Shown here: piece after piece, positions 18,207-28,703 of the stretch
How positions within the stretch are numbered: position 1 is the first letter of the stretch
How the letters are laid out: each line of letters starts with the position of its first letter
Origin: a virus
Lineage: Duplodnaviria > Caudoviricetes
DNA length: 63,198 nucleotides
Reading direction: 5' to 3' (one strand)
IMG/VR virus record: IMGVR_UViG_3300037485_001078
Span: 1 to 63,198 of that record
Notes under the pieces: model-generated
What the model was told of the DNA's origin: nothing
Seen by the model: only the letters and a program-made list of their open reading frames with translations
Databases searched by the model: none
Program-made: the position numbers and the translations under genes

Positions 18207-18929
18207 TCCAACAGAAGCTAAAGTTGTCTAAATGAGGCATTAATGCCGATAACGGGAGTTATAGCGGACATTGGGACTATCCCCTGAAGAATATAGAGAT
18301 GAGTTATACCTCAAGAATCATACCCAAACGGGTATAAAGTGACGTAGAACTCAAAAATCGACAGAATTCTTCTGAAAAGCCGAGTTAAGGGGGCTCCAAA
18401 GGGGCACTATCGTCTGATAAGACGAGTTAAGGGTCGCAAATGGTAACAGGAGTCGAGTTTACAAAACCTTGCCATTTGTGCAAAGATGTGTAGAGTTTGT
18501 AAATACCTCCTACGCATAATTAAAGTAGTCTGATCAACTATAGGTCTGAGTATTCGGGTGTTGTGTGGAAGAGGGCTTGGTAGCCAGCATGACTATCTGA
18601 CTCCGTGACTAGCGGATAACGGGGGTTTCCCAATCTAGTTACATCTCTCGTCGCTTGGAGCAAGGTTCACTTTATGCGTGATCCAGTTGATCCCAAGGGG
18701 CGAGGGCAATTTTATCGGGGGAGGCATTGAGGGGGTTCCTTACGCCGTGAAATTCGGATCGGAACTAGCGACCTGAACCTCCTCCGACCTTTTTGTTGGC
18801 TTCAACAATATGGTTGTTTAGATCTGGTGCAGATAATCCCCCTGTAGGGTCATTTGGACGCATGGATCTAATCAATTCTTTTTTTTCACTTGCGTTGACT
18901 TACATTATTGTATAATTACGCGGATAGAT

Positions 18930-19511
18930 ATGGCGAAACCAATCAACGGAATGATACCGCCGGGAGGCTGGCACTACTTCCAAAGCGACGTCAAGCTGGT
19001 CGGAGAATCACTCGACGATTTGTATAAAGTCGTTGAGAATTTTCGTGCCGACAACTCGTACCCCGCTGGAGATGTGAAGGGTGACGTGGATGGGTACATC
19101 TGCGGAAACTATCCATCATTTTGCCACGGCGTGGAAGACGTCACGATCAATATCGTGAGCAGACAAGCCGCCACGCGTTCAGGCGAACTGCTACAGGATG
19201 TCTCGACGTGGGCAAACAACATGCTACGATCCAAGGATCCGATCAAACTTGTTCAGGACGACGAGGCCGAGCGACGCGCAAAGATTTGCAAAGCGTGTCC
19301 GCACAACGCTAGCTGGCGTTCTGGCTGCATCTCATGCATCGTCAGTGCTGACCGCATCAGTGCTTCAGTGCGTCAGGCGAGAGATACAGACACCTCAAAG
19401 AAGCTGGGCGGTTGTCACTTGCTGAGACACGACAACAGGTCGGCTGTGTTCTTTGAGAAAGAAAACCTTGCAACAACTGGCGATTTGCCTACTAATTGCT
19501 GGCTAACGTAA
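18930..19511 (+). CDS. Cys-rich hypothetical protein
   Basis: 8 Cys including CKAC and CISC; TATAAT at 18911. Confidence 0.75.
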   Translation: MAKPINGMIPPGGWHYFQSDVKLVGESLDDLYKVVENFRADNSYPAGDVKGDVDGYICGNYPSFCHGVEDVTINIVSRQAATRSGELLQDVSTWANNMLRSKDPIKLVQDDEAERRAKICKACPHNASWRSGCISCIVSADRISASVRQARDTDTSKKLGGCHLLRHDNRSAVFFEKENLATTGDLPTNCWLT

Positions 19512-19515
19512 GACT

Positions 19516-21900
19516 ATGGCTTCCGACATCAAACCACTTTCTCCCCGTATCACGGACGCCTTTGCGAACAAGTCGGCGCGTATCGACGACCAGTCGAACC
19601 CTAGAATACTTGGTTTGGATGTAGTAAATGCCGACAACAATACCAACGACACAGTCAATCCTGAGACGCTACAAGTGCGTCGCACGTTTAAAGATTCCCG
19701 TCAGGCTCACAGCGCTTACCGCAGGCTGAAGCAGCAGAACTTAGAACGTAATCGCAAGAACCAGCTCATCCAGAAGAAGCTCAATCTTGAGCCTCCATAC
19801 CAGAACAAGAAGTTGGAGAGCATGGGTCAGAATTGGAGGAGCAATCGTCCTACAGGATTCCTCTCGACCATGGTGAGCAGGATCCAGCCCCCTTTCCGAG
19901 AGACTATCGAGAGCTCTCCAACTCTTACCTACAGCAAGTACCCACTTGAGTCTGTTGATTCTGAAAACAAAACAAAAGTTTTCCGCGAAGAGATTACAAA
20001 AACAATTCGTGCATGGAGGGGGAACGACGATCTCCTCGCTCAGACTACACACGAAAACACTTGCTTTGGATTTTGTGGTTGGGTATGGGATGACTTGAGA
20101 GATTGGAAGCCTGAATTCCTAAGACAGGATTACACGTTCTTCTCAATCGAAACCCCACAAGTAACCGATGCAACACCTATTTGGGCTCGTAAACGTCGCT
20201 ATCAAATCTCCGAACTGCTTCCAGTGCTTGAGAAGCCTGAAATATCCGCGCTGGCGGGATGGCACATCAACAACCTCGTCAAAGCTATCAACAATGCAAT
20301 TCCTGCTGGACGAACTCTGGACTCAAACGACGACGCTCGTAGGTACGAAGATTGGATCCGCGAAGGATCGTACGGCGCGGCTTACGAGAACGATGCGAAG
20401 TATGTTGAGCTAGGCGAGATCTTTGTCAAGGAGCCTCACGGCAAAATCTCCAGATACTTGTTCGACGACAAGAGTGGAGACGAGATCTGCACGCAGGTCG
20501 ATCGCTACAACAGCATGTCCGAGTGCTTGGCGCTCTTCTCCGTTGAGATTGGAAGTGGCAATCTTATGTCTAGCCGAGGAGCTGGACGCGATCTTTACAA
20601 CACGCACGTAGCGATCGAGAAAGCTCGTAACCTTGTCATAGACAACGTCTATCTCAAGGGTCTTCTGCTTCTCAAGAAGGGGCCGAACGCACGTCCCGAT
20701 ACCGCACCACTTTCTGTTGCACACCCCATCGCGTACATCTCGGATGGGTACGACGTCATTCCTCAGCAGATTCCTGCGGACGTTGAGGACTTTTTGAAGC
20801 TCGACCAGTTCGTCAGCGGACTAGCTGAGATTCAAGTTGGAACGTTCCTTCCCGGTGCGGCCACCGATTCTGGTGGTGCAAGGAAGACTGCCTCCGAAGT
20901 CAACCGTGTTGCCGCTATCGAGAACCAACTCCGTCAGGGAATCCTGATGCGCTGGTCTCGTCAGTACTCCAAGGGCATCGAGCGCATGCAGCGCGGAATC
21001 TGTCACCCTGAACACGTGAAAGCCGCTGCGGATCTCCATGGAATGTTGCAGCAGGTGCGTCAGGTGGAGCCTTCGGCCATCTGGGCTCGCAAGGAGATTG
21101 TGGACGCCTTTGAGCGATCTGGAATGGAGATGCCGAGGTTCCTTGTTGGATTTGAAATTGACCAGCACCTAGACGAGGACGCCGTAGCGTGCTGCTTGGC
21201 CATGATGGATCGGAATCTCCCCCCTTCCGACATCCTGCTTATGGCGTACAGCTCCGCTTCCGAGCTGCTTGTTGACGACACGCTTCAGATCAATCAGATG
21301 ATCGACTTGGTCGTTCAAAGGTACATCGGCAACCAGAACATTAACCAAGACGAGCTGATGAAACTCGACCTCGCTTCCAAGGTCGGAGCTGCAAAGGCCA
21401 ACGCGCTTGTGCTTCCGAAGGATCACGTCGAGGCGGTCGGCATCGAGGCTACCCGCCAGCAGGTCATTGAGCTCCAGTCGATCATGGCTGGTCAGGACAT
21501 CGGAGTGTCTCCTCGTGACAATGACGTCGTGCATCTTGAGACAATGACTCAAAAACTCATGCCACTTATTCAGCAGGCTCCAGCTGGATCCCTTTCACCA
21601 GAGATCATGGGGCCGCTTCAGGCCGCTGTTCAGCACTACGCAAACCATATCAAGCAGGCAGATGCCAAGGGCGTGCATGGTCAGGTCACTGGGCCCTTCA
21701 AGAAGGCACTCAACGCTGCGGTCAATCATCTCAGTGCAGGTGCAGTCAAGAATGTACCTACGGACGTGGAACCCGCTGCGGCTATGCCGAGCATGGGTCG
21801 CTCCCGTGGGCCAGCACCATCTCAAATCGGAACAGAAACTTCTCAGTCTGGAATTGTTGATAGCATAGCTAATCCTCCAAAACCCCCGACTGCGGCTTAA
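19516..21900 (+). CDS. probable portal protein
   Basis: 794 aa, between terminase and scaffold/capsid; RKTASEV motif typical of podovirus portals. Confidence 0.7.
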   Translation: MASDIKPLSPRITDAFANKSARIDDQSNPRILGLDVVNADNNTNDTVNPETLQVRRTFKDSRQAHSAYRRLKQQNLERNRKNQLIQKKLNLEPPYQNKKLESMGQNWRSNRPTGFLSTMVSRIQPPFRETIESSPTLTYSKYPLESVDSENKTKVFREEITKTIRAWRGNDDLLAQTTHENTCFGFCGWVWDDLRDWKPEFLRQDYTFFSIETPQVTDATPIWARKRRYQISELLPVLEKPEISALAGWHINNLVKAINNAIPAGRTLDSNDDARRYEDWIREGSYGAAYENDAKYVELGEIFVKEPHGKISRYLFDDKSGDEICTQVDRYNSMSECLALFSVEIGSGNLMSSRGAGRDLYNTHVAIEKARNLVIDNVYLKGLLLLKKGPNARPDTAPLSVAHPIAYISDGYDVIPQQIPADVEDFLKLDQFVSGLAEIQVGTFLPGAATDSGGARKTASEVNRVAAIENQLRQGILMRWSRQYSKGIERMQRGICHPEHVKAAADLHGMLQQVRQVEPSAIWARKEIVDAFERSGMEMPRFLVGFEIDQHLDEDAVACCLAMMDRNLPPSDILLMAYSSASELLVDDTLQINQMIDLVVQRYIGNQNINQDELMKLDLASKVGAAKANALVLPKDHVEAVGIEATRQQVIELQSIMAGQDIGVSPRDNDVVHLETMTQKLMPLIQQAPAGSLSPEIMGPLQAAVQHYANHIKQADAKGVHGQVTGPFKKALNAAVNHLSAGAVKNVPTDVEPAAAMPSMGRSRGPAPSQIGTETSQSGIVDSIANPPKPPTAA

Positions 21901-21920
21901 CAACTAACCAAACTACGACC

Positions 21921-22196
21921 ATGGGCGGAGCAAATCCAACACCTCAATCACCTGAAGCAAACTACGCACGCCTTGAAAAACAAGGAATGAGCGATCAGGG
22001 AATCGTATCGTATCCAGAACTTAAAAAAGAAGTCGTCGATACCGCAAAGGAACTTGGATCCGCTATCAACAAAAAGATCATCCAACCAGCAGTAGCTGAA
22101 ACTGCAAATTTCTTTGGACGTGATGCAAGCAAGCCCGCAAGTGCTGACGACGAGATTGAGATGGGACTTCGCAATAGTGAACTCGGTACAAAATAG
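21921..22196 (+). CDS. hypothetical protein
   Basis: Tightly packed ORF. Confidence 0.6.
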   Translation: MGGANPTPQSPEANYARLEKQGMSDQGIVSYPELKKEVVDTAKELGSAINKKIIQPAVAETANFFGRDASKPASADDEIEMGLRNSELGTK

Positions 22197-22199
22197 TTT

Positions 22200-22445
22200 A
22201 TGTGGACACAAACAGACGCGGTTAATCTAAAAGAATATCTCGGCCATAGCAGGGCCAATCTGCTTTATCACCTGAAGGAAATTGTGCCCGCATTTTCCGT
22301 TGACGTAAATTCTAAGGTGGAGGGCGTTGCACTTCGCGGAGCCTACAAGGAGGGATTCCTCCTAGCCATTCAGCGCATCGAAGAGATGTCCATACCGTCA
22401 AGCAAACAGGACGACGCTGCAACCAGCTCGTTCGCAGCCATGTAA
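22200..22445 (+). CDS. hypothetical protein
   Basis: Tightly packed ORF before the scaffold gene. Confidence 0.65.
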   Translation: MWTQTDAVNLKEYLGHSRANLLYHLKEIVPAFSVDVNSKVEGVALRGAYKEGFLLAIQRIEEMSIPSSKQDDAATSSFAAM

Positions 22446-22448
22446 TTT

Positions 22449-23735
22449 ATGTCAAACGATACCGAAAACGAAAACGTAGTCCCAGAATCCAACGCCATCA
22501 ACGGCATGCTTGGAGCACCATCACTCGATGCTGACCCCATCGAGGAGTCCACATCAGACCTGCTAGACTCTTTGCTTGATAGCGCGGAGGCTGGTAGCGC
22601 AGATATCACTCCAGAGATTCCACGCGAAACTGAGAGCGTGGATAACGATTTCACTTTGGAAGATGTTGCTGCTCCAACCCCAGAACCCGTTGAAGAAGTT
22701 GTGGCCCCAGTGGTCGAAGAGCCCGTCTCAACTCCAGAGATAGAAATTGACCCAGAGATCTCATCGATCCCGCAGCCACGTAATCTGTCCGAGGCCAACC
22801 AGAACAACTGGAAGAAGCTGCAGGAGACCGCTACGAACTACAAGAAGCAGGCCGTAGAGGCCGACCAGCTACGTCAGAAGGTTCAGGAGCTTGAGCAACG
22901 CCCAAGCCAAACACCCCCCGACTACGACGAACTGAAAAAGTTCCGAGCTATCTTTGATACCGAGAACGATCCTGAGTTTAAGAGCAAGTACGACACACCG
23001 ATCGCTAGCGCAAAGGAGAACATCTACAACATCCTAAGAAAGAACGGAGCTAGCGACGACGTCATCAACTCGATCGAGTCCGCTGGTGGCCCAGACAAGA
23101 TCAGTCAGGAGTGGTGGAAGAACCAAGCCATCGACAAGCTGCCCATGATCGACGCGGAGCGCCTGAAAAAGGATCTCTTCAACGTCATCGACCTCAAGGA
23201 GGGACGCACAAAGGAGATCGGAGATACCGCCGAGAAGCGCGACGAGTTTCTCCAGTCCCGCCAGACCGAACTCGTTGAAAACTTCAAGAAGCAGAACGAG
23301 GAGATCTACAGTCATACCGACGAGATCACCAAGGAGATTCCATGGGCACGCTTCAAGGAGATCAACCCAAACGATACTCCAGAGATTCAGGCGGAGACCC
23401 AGAAGCACAACGCAACGGTTCAGGATCTTTCCTCGAAGTTTGAGGCCGCACTTTGGCCCAAGACCCCGCAGGAACGCGCCGACGTAGCCGCAGCAGCATC
23501 TGGATTCCACGTCGTTGTTGGACAGCTGCGCTATGAGCAGGAGACCAAGCAGGCGATGCAGTCGAAGGTTGAGGCGCTCACCAAGGAGCTTACCGCGCTG
23601 AAAAACGCGGGGAGGATGCCGAAGGCCAATCCGACTCCAGCAAATACCAAACCAAGCACCAACGTACAAGATCGCATCAAGATGAACGCTAGCGACGCGA
23701 TTGACCTCGGTCTCGACGAAGCTGGTAGTTTCTAA
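22449..23735 (+). CDS. probable scaffolding protein
   Basis: Acidic disordered N-terminus and coiled coils; position in the head operon. Confidence 0.6.
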   Translation: MSNDTENENVVPESNAINGMLGAPSLDADPIEESTSDLLDSLLDSAEAGSADITPEIPRETESVDNDFTLEDVAAPTPEPVEEVVAPVVEEPVSTPEIEIDPEISSIPQPRNLSEANQNNWKKLQETATNYKKQAVEADQLRQKVQELEQRPSQTPPDYDELKKFRAIFDTENDPEFKSKYDTPIASAKENIYNILRKNGASDDVINSIESAGGPDKISQEWWKNQAIDKLPMIDAERLKKDLFNVIDLKEGRTKEIGDTAEKRDEFLQSRQTELVENFKKQNEEIYSHTDEITKEIPWARFKEINPNDTPEIQAETQKHNATVQDLSSKFEAALWPKTPQERADVAAAASGFHVVVGQLRYEQETKQAMQSKVEALTKELTALKNAGRMPKANPTPANTKPSTNVQDRIKMNASDAIDLGLDEAGSF

Positions 23736-23740
23736 CGTAT

Positions 23741-24757
23741 ATGCCTGATCCCATCATAACCCCCCTAGTCAACGTAACTGCTAGGGCGCTGGAGTCGTTC
23801 AACCCAATGGGCGGGACGATTGTAGACCAGCCGTTTTCCGCTCAGAGGCTTAAACTCCCCCCGAAAGTAGAAACCCCAGAAGTGGTCGAAGAAGTTGAAA
23901 TTGAAGTCGAAGAAAACGACTTCGAGTTTGATGCGATTGAACCGATCGTGGAAGAGGCCCCAGTGGAAGAGGCCACTGTGCAGGAGGTTATTGTGGAGAA
24001 GAAAAAGCCGACTAAGAAGGCTAAGAACCCTATAATTGAAACGCGCTCTCAGGAGGGACTACCATCGTACCGCTGCGAGTTTGAAGGTAGGGACATCATG
24101 GTGGGTTGGCCGTGGTACAAGACTTCTAATCCAGTCACAACAGCCGTCAACGTGGCCCTAGCTCTTGATTTTGGACGGGATAGGATACGATTCGACATGA
24201 GCATCGGAGACGCCATGATCTATCATTCCAGAAACATTCTAGTTGAGAAGTTTATGGATACGGACGCCAAGTGGCTATTCATGATGGACGACGACATCAT
24301 CCCGTCGATCGGGCGTCCCTCGTGGATCCGCAATTGGATCCCTAGTACCCGTAGCGTTCTTGACGCTCCTCTACAAAGGCACGTTCTGCATCGATTGATC
24401 GGAGCGAACAAGACTTTGATTGGCGGCGCGTACTTCGGAAGACAGGAGGGAGCCGCCCTCATGTGTAGCAACATCGCGCTAGGGCCGAGGGCCAAGGTGT
24501 ATGAGGACATTGTGGTTGAAGTTGATTGGGTGGCCACTGGCTGCATGCTAGTGCACCGACAAGTGTTCGATGATATCCGCGCAAAGTTCCCCGATCAGGC
24601 AACACCAGACAACAAGGCGTACAAGTTTGATTACTTTTTACCTACAAAAACTGAAGGTGAGGACGTGGCTTTCTGCAAGCGGGCGAAACTAGCGGGCCAC
24701 CAGTCGCACATCGACCTTGGTTTGCCCGTGTTTCACGTTGGCTACAAGACCTATTGA
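23741..24757 (+). CDS. GT-A fold (family 2-like) glycosyltransferase with acidic N-terminal extension
   Basis: RNILV...WLFMMDDD, ATGCMLV and GEDVAFC motifs. Confidence 0.8.
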   Translation: MPDPIITPLVNVTARALESFNPMGGTIVDQPFSAQRLKLPPKVETPEVVEEVEIEVEENDFEFDAIEPIVEEAPVEEATVQEVIVEKKKPTKKAKNPIIETRSQEGLPSYRCEFEGRDIMVGWPWYKTSNPVTTAVNVALALDFGRDRIRFDMSIGDAMIYHSRNILVEKFMDTDAKWLFMMDDDIIPSIGRPSWIRNWIPSTRSVLDAPLQRHVLHRLIGANKTLIGGAYFGRQEGAALMCSNIALGPRAKVYEDIVVEVDWVATGCMLVHRQVFDDIRAKFPDQATPDNKAYKFDYFLPTKTEGEDVAFCKRAKLAGHQSHIDLGLPVFHVGYKTY

Positions 24758-24758
24758 T

Positions 24759-25322
24759 ATGAAAAAGAAAATCTACGCGTACTACGAGTCGATTCCTTCC
24801 ATACGTCAGGAGGAGGAGTTCGCCTGCTCCAACCTTTGGAAAGGTTCTTGGGAGAGCAATGGATGGGAATGCACCATGCTAAATAAGACCCACGCAGCGG
24901 TCAGTCCCTTGTTCCGTGGCCTCATGGGTAAGTTTTTGAAGTACGATGGGATATCTCCATCTTCCATGGCGAGATTTTCTAGGTGGTGCGCTCTGCACGC
25001 CGTGGGTGGTGGATGGATGAGCGACTACGATGTTTTAAATTTAGGATTCACTCCCTCTCTGGCAACGGAGATTGAGTCTGTGCAGAAGCTGCACATGGTG
25101 GCGGGGAAGCGTTCGTATATTTTTTATACGACAAAAGAGAAGGCCGAAGAGGTGATTGGGAGCTTCATTGCAAAAGAAATACTTAGCAATGGGGCTCCCA
25201 TTCCAGAATGCGATATCTTTCCTAGCTCCGAAGCTCACCAAGATTTGACTTATCTTTTTCACCCCAGCCGAGACAACGAATTAACTCGATCTCAGCAGAT
25301 GGCGGAGAAAATTTCTAACTAG
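24759..25322 (+). CDS. putative DxD glycosyltransferase
   Basis: RWCALHAVGGGWMSDYDV, GT32-like. Confidence 0.55.
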   Translation: MKKKIYAYYESIPSIRQEEEFACSNLWKGSWESNGWECTMLNKTHAAVSPLFRGLMGKFLKYDGISPSSMARFSRWCALHAVGGGWMSDYDVLNLGFTPSLATEIESVQKLHMVAGKRSYIFYTTKEKAEEVIGSFIAKEILSNGAPIPECDIFPSSEAHQDLTYLFHPSRDNELTRSQQMAEKISN

Positions 25323-25337
25323 TTCCACGTAGAACAA

Positions 25338-26075
25338 ATGGACTCCCCCTTTACAAGACAAGTGATAGTCCTCCATCAAGGTCATATTGGTGACATCATT
25401 GCTTTTGTACCCATATACAGAAAAATAAAAGCCACTAGGATTCTGGTTACTGACGCATCTTGGGGAGCACCCATGACTGGGTACAAGTACGACTCGTTAA
25501 AACCTCTACTTGATAGTCAGGGGATACCCTCCGACCTGAACATTTGTAGGACGAGCATCGATTACGACACCACCAACTGGAGGGAGTGCTACAAGGATCA
25601 CATTTCTCTAATGGATTCTCAGGCAAGATACTTGCACGTGGTGGATAGAAATACTGGGCACATGGAAATAACTGAGCCTTGGTTAAAAGTTGAACCAAAT
25701 GAAGATTTGCGTGGGAAAGTGGTAATGAATCGCTCTCATCGGTACAGAAACGATAAATTTCCATGGGCTAAAGTTGTGGAGCGATACGCAAACGATGCGG
25801 TATTCGTTGGGAACGACGAAGAATACGGCGACTTTGTTCAATCGTTCGGCCAGATACCACGTCACTTGACGAAGGATTGCCTAGAAGTGGCTCAGGCCGT
25901 AGTCGCGAGCAAGTTGTACGTTGGAAATCAGTCCAGCGCCTACTGGATCGCAGCTGGACTCCGAGTCCCCCTACTTCAAGAGGTCTACGAGCCAGCTCCA
26001 AACAGCATAATCCCGTACGAAGGAGCTGTTTATTGCTTCGACGGCAACGTTGACTTTGAATCCTTGCCAAAATGA
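25338..26075 (+). CDS. GT9-like (GT-B) glycosyltransferase
   Basis: GHIGDII and LYVGNQSSAYWIAAGLRVP motifs. Confidence 0.7.
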   Translation: MDSPFTRQVIVLHQGHIGDIIAFVPIYRKIKATRILVTDASWGAPMTGYKYDSLKPLLDSQGIPSDLNICRTSIDYDTTNWRECYKDHISLMDSQARYLHVVDRNTGHMEITEPWLKVEPNEDLRGKVVMNRSHRYRNDKFPWAKVVERYANDAVFVGNDEEYGDFVQSFGQIPRHLTKDCLEVAQAVVASKLYVGNQSSAYWIAAGLRVPLLQEVYEPAPNSIIPYEGAVYCFDGNVDFESLPK

Positions 26076-26650
26076 AAGCTGTAATCGTGGCCGCAAAACG
26101 GCAATTCAAAGAAGTAAGCAATCTTGTCTCCTACATCAAGGGTCTTGATGGCACCGAGGTACTCATTATCCCAGCGATTGACAAAACTGAAGAGTACCCC
26201 GCTAGAAACAACTACGCATTTCATCAGGCGGCTCAAATTATGAGCGGAGAGGCATTCTTTTGGCTGGAACCTGACTCCGTACCCCTTTGTTCTGGCTGGC
26301 TCCGTAAGATTGAGTCCGAGTACAGCGAATGTCACAAGCAATTCATGCTGTCTTCGGATAAAAACCCGCCATTTGACTTCATTGGTGGGATTGGTGTCTA
26401 TGGGCCGAGGACTTTTGAGATAATCCCCAAAGAAATAAGTGGAGATCTACATGGACAGGGGTGGGATATGTACATTCTCAGAAAACAATCGAACATGATC
26501 CGCTGGTCACCCCTGATTCAGCATAGCTACGGAACATACGATAAATCAGGAGTAGCGACTCCCCATAGATTTCCCCAAGAAAAAGGAATGATAAGAAGCG
26601 ACGCTGTAATCTTTCACCGCGACAAGTGCCAAGACCTAATCCCCAACTAA
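26072..26650 (+). CDS. hypothetical protein, possible glycosyltransferase
   Basis: FFWLEPD motif; cluster context. Confidence 0.5.
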   Translation: MKAVIVAAKRQFKEVSNLVSYIKGLDGTEVLIIPAIDKTEEYPARNNYAFHQAAQIMSGEAFFWLEPDSVPLCSGWLRKIESEYSECHKQFMLSSDKNPPFDFIGGIGVYGPRTFEIIPKEISGDLHGQGWDMYILRKQSNMIRWSPLIQHSYGTYDKSGVATPHRFPQEKGMIRSDAVIFHRDKCQDLIPN

Positions 26651-26658
26651 AAACCCCT

Positions 26659-27246
26659 ATGTGCCAAGAATCCTCCAAAGCAATGACCCGCAGACTATCT
26701 GGCGAAGAAAAGCCGTTCTGGGATAAAGTATTTACTGGGAAAGGAATCGACATCGGGGCTGGCGACGACCTCATCGCTATTGAGGGCGCTGTTGGATTTG
26801 ATGTTGAAGATGGCGACGCCAACAGGATCCACGAGTACTTCTCTCCGAATTCTTTTGACTACGTCCACGCCTCGCAATGCCTAGAGCACATGCACGACCC
26901 CGTGCAGGCGCTTAAATCGTGGATGAAGATCTTGAAGCAGGGTGGGTACGCCGTAGTCACGATCCCATCTTGGGAACTTTACGAGGGAATGGTCTGGCCA
27001 TCCCGCTACAACCCCGACCACAAAAGCACCTTCTCCATGTGGCAGAAAGGATCCCCAGCGCCTAACCACGTTCTATTCCCCGATTGGCTGAAGGACAACT
27101 TCGGTGAGCACAAAGTAGAGATGTGCCGACTTGTAGACACCAACTACAACTACAAAGTAGGAACTTCCGTAGATCAGACCTTCAATAGAGAAAATGCGGT
27201 GGAAGCGTTCATCGAATTTATTTTGAAAAAAGATCTTGCGTTGTAA
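26659..27246 (+). CDS. class I SAM-dependent methyltransferase
   Basis: IDIGAG, FDYVHASQCLEH and LKQGG motifs. Confidence 0.85.
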   Translation: MCQESSKAMTRRLSGEEKPFWDKVFTGKGIDIGAGDDLIAIEGAVGFDVEDGDANRIHEYFSPNSFDYVHASQCLEHMHDPVQALKSWMKILKQGGYAVVTIPSWELYEGMVWPSRYNPDHKSTFSMWQKGSPAPNHVLFPDWLKDNFGEHKVEMCRLVDTNYNYKVGTSVDQTFNRENAVEAFIEFILKKDLAL

Positions 27247-27479
27247 TACGCGTACTAGTAAAAACAACTCAACTCGGCGTGCTTCCTCCGTATGGAAGTG
27301 ACTTGGTAGAGGTCAAAAAAATTTACTAATCAGGCCGCAAACAAAAACTTCCAGCGTGCCGGGAAGTGACACAAAACCAAACTTCGTACCGAAAGCGCAC
27401 GCGCATTCCGTACAACTCTGTGGTTGTCACTTCCAAAATTGGACGAGGTGGCTGCAGGGAAAACAAAAAACAAAATCCC

Positions 27480-28688
27480 ATGGCTTCTAATTGCATCGAT
27501 CTGGCAACAGTCCAGAACTTCGCGTCTAAGGACACGAATCGTATCATTGGTCAAATCGCAAAGGTTCTTGCCCGCAAGAGCCCCTACATCAACTCCATCG
27601 ACGGTGGAACTCTCCCCAATGTCTCCGACGTTGTGCGTTCCGTTGTTGAGGAAATGGCCGTTCCTGAGTCCTCTCTGGCGTCCCCAACCTTCACCGCAGA
27701 CATCAATCTCTGCGGTATCGGTGCGACTCCCGACCGCGTAGGTTCGACCGAGTATCAGTTCCAGCTCGCCACTCTTCGTGGTGCTGGCCCACGCGTCTGC
27801 GTCAAGCAAGCCCGTACCGCCTTCAAGGGTTCATACCTTCAGGCACAGGTCTCGCTCGAAAAGACGATCCTCCAACTCATCAACGCTGATATCCGTTATC
27901 AGTTCCTGATCCAGTCGGGTATCAAGTACACCTGCTCCAGCACCAACACGTTCACCAGCAATTTGACTGGCGACATGCAGCAGATCAACACTCAGTTCTC
28001 TGGCAACGTTGTTGACAGTCCTCTGAACTTCAAAACTCTCTACCGCATCGGTAGCTTCCTCCGCGAGGAGATGCTTGCCGAGCCCTTCGCATCGAAGGAC
28101 GGCGAGTTTTTCCAAGTTCTCCTTGGTGCAGACGCCATCGAGAGCATCCGCAACGACGCCGACGTTAAAGAGGATCTCCTCTATCTAACGGCTGGTTCGT
28201 TCAAGCTCGGTGAGGAGTCCATCTCTGGTTATCAGTTCATGGGCTACCGTGGGTTCGCCTTCGGCATCGATCAACAGCCCCTGCGTAGCACTGGTATTGG
28301 TGGAGACGGCAACCTCGTCCTCGTCAACCCAATCGTTGCTCAGGCCGTGACCAATGGTTTCGGACAGCGTCGCAACCCAGCATGGGTCAACGCTCCTTAC
28401 GAAGTCGGTTTCGTCATCGCTGGAGATAGCTTCAAGCGTCTCGTTCCAGAGCAGTACGTGGGTGAGGGCACCTTCCGTTTCGCCCCGCAACTCAGCATGG
28501 GTGAACTGGAGTGGACCTACTTCCGCGACAACGATTGCAACTTGTATGGTGACTTCGGTCAGCATATCTACCAGATCCAGCGTGCGATCCAACCGATCCG
28601 CCCGCAGAACGTCTGCGCAGTCCTGTTCAAGCGTTGCCCATTCGATGGTCAGGCGCTTCCTTGCAGCACGACCACCACTGGTCTCTAA
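27480..28688 (+). CDS. probable major capsid protein
   Basis: 402 aa, strongly biased codon usage, long leader, downstream hairpin, position after the scaffold. Confidence 0.7.
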   Translation: MASNCIDLATVQNFASKDTNRIIGQIAKVLARKSPYINSIDGGTLPNVSDVVRSVVEEMAVPESSLASPTFTADINLCGIGATPDRVGSTEYQFQLATLRGAGPRVCVKQARTAFKGSYLQAQVSLEKTILQLINADIRYQFLIQSGIKYTCSSTNTFTSNLTGDMQQINTQFSGNVVDSPLNFKTLYRIGSFLREEMLAEPFASKDGEFFQVLLGADAIESIRNDADVKEDLLYLTAGSFKLGEESISGYQFMGYRGFAFGIDQQPLRSTGIGGDGNLVLVNPIVAQAVTNGFGQRRNPAWVNAPYEVGFVIAGDSFKRLVPEQYVGEGTFRFAPQLSMGELEWTYFRDNDCNLYGDFGQHIYQIQRAIQPIRPQNVCAVLFKRCPFDGQALPCSTTTTGL

Positions 28689-28703
28689 GAGGTAGTTTAA
28701 CAC

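Noticed and set aside
18242-18272. dif/Xer site (GATAA-N6-TTAT)
   Set aside because: The right arm lacks the TTATGTTAA-like XerD consensus; kept only as part of the palindrome array.
27366-27479. Longer capsid N-terminus from the ORF track (similarly 5291, 8541, 14485, 24717, 26626, 30249, 41054, 55785)
   Set aside because: Downstream ATGs fit gene packing and start context better.
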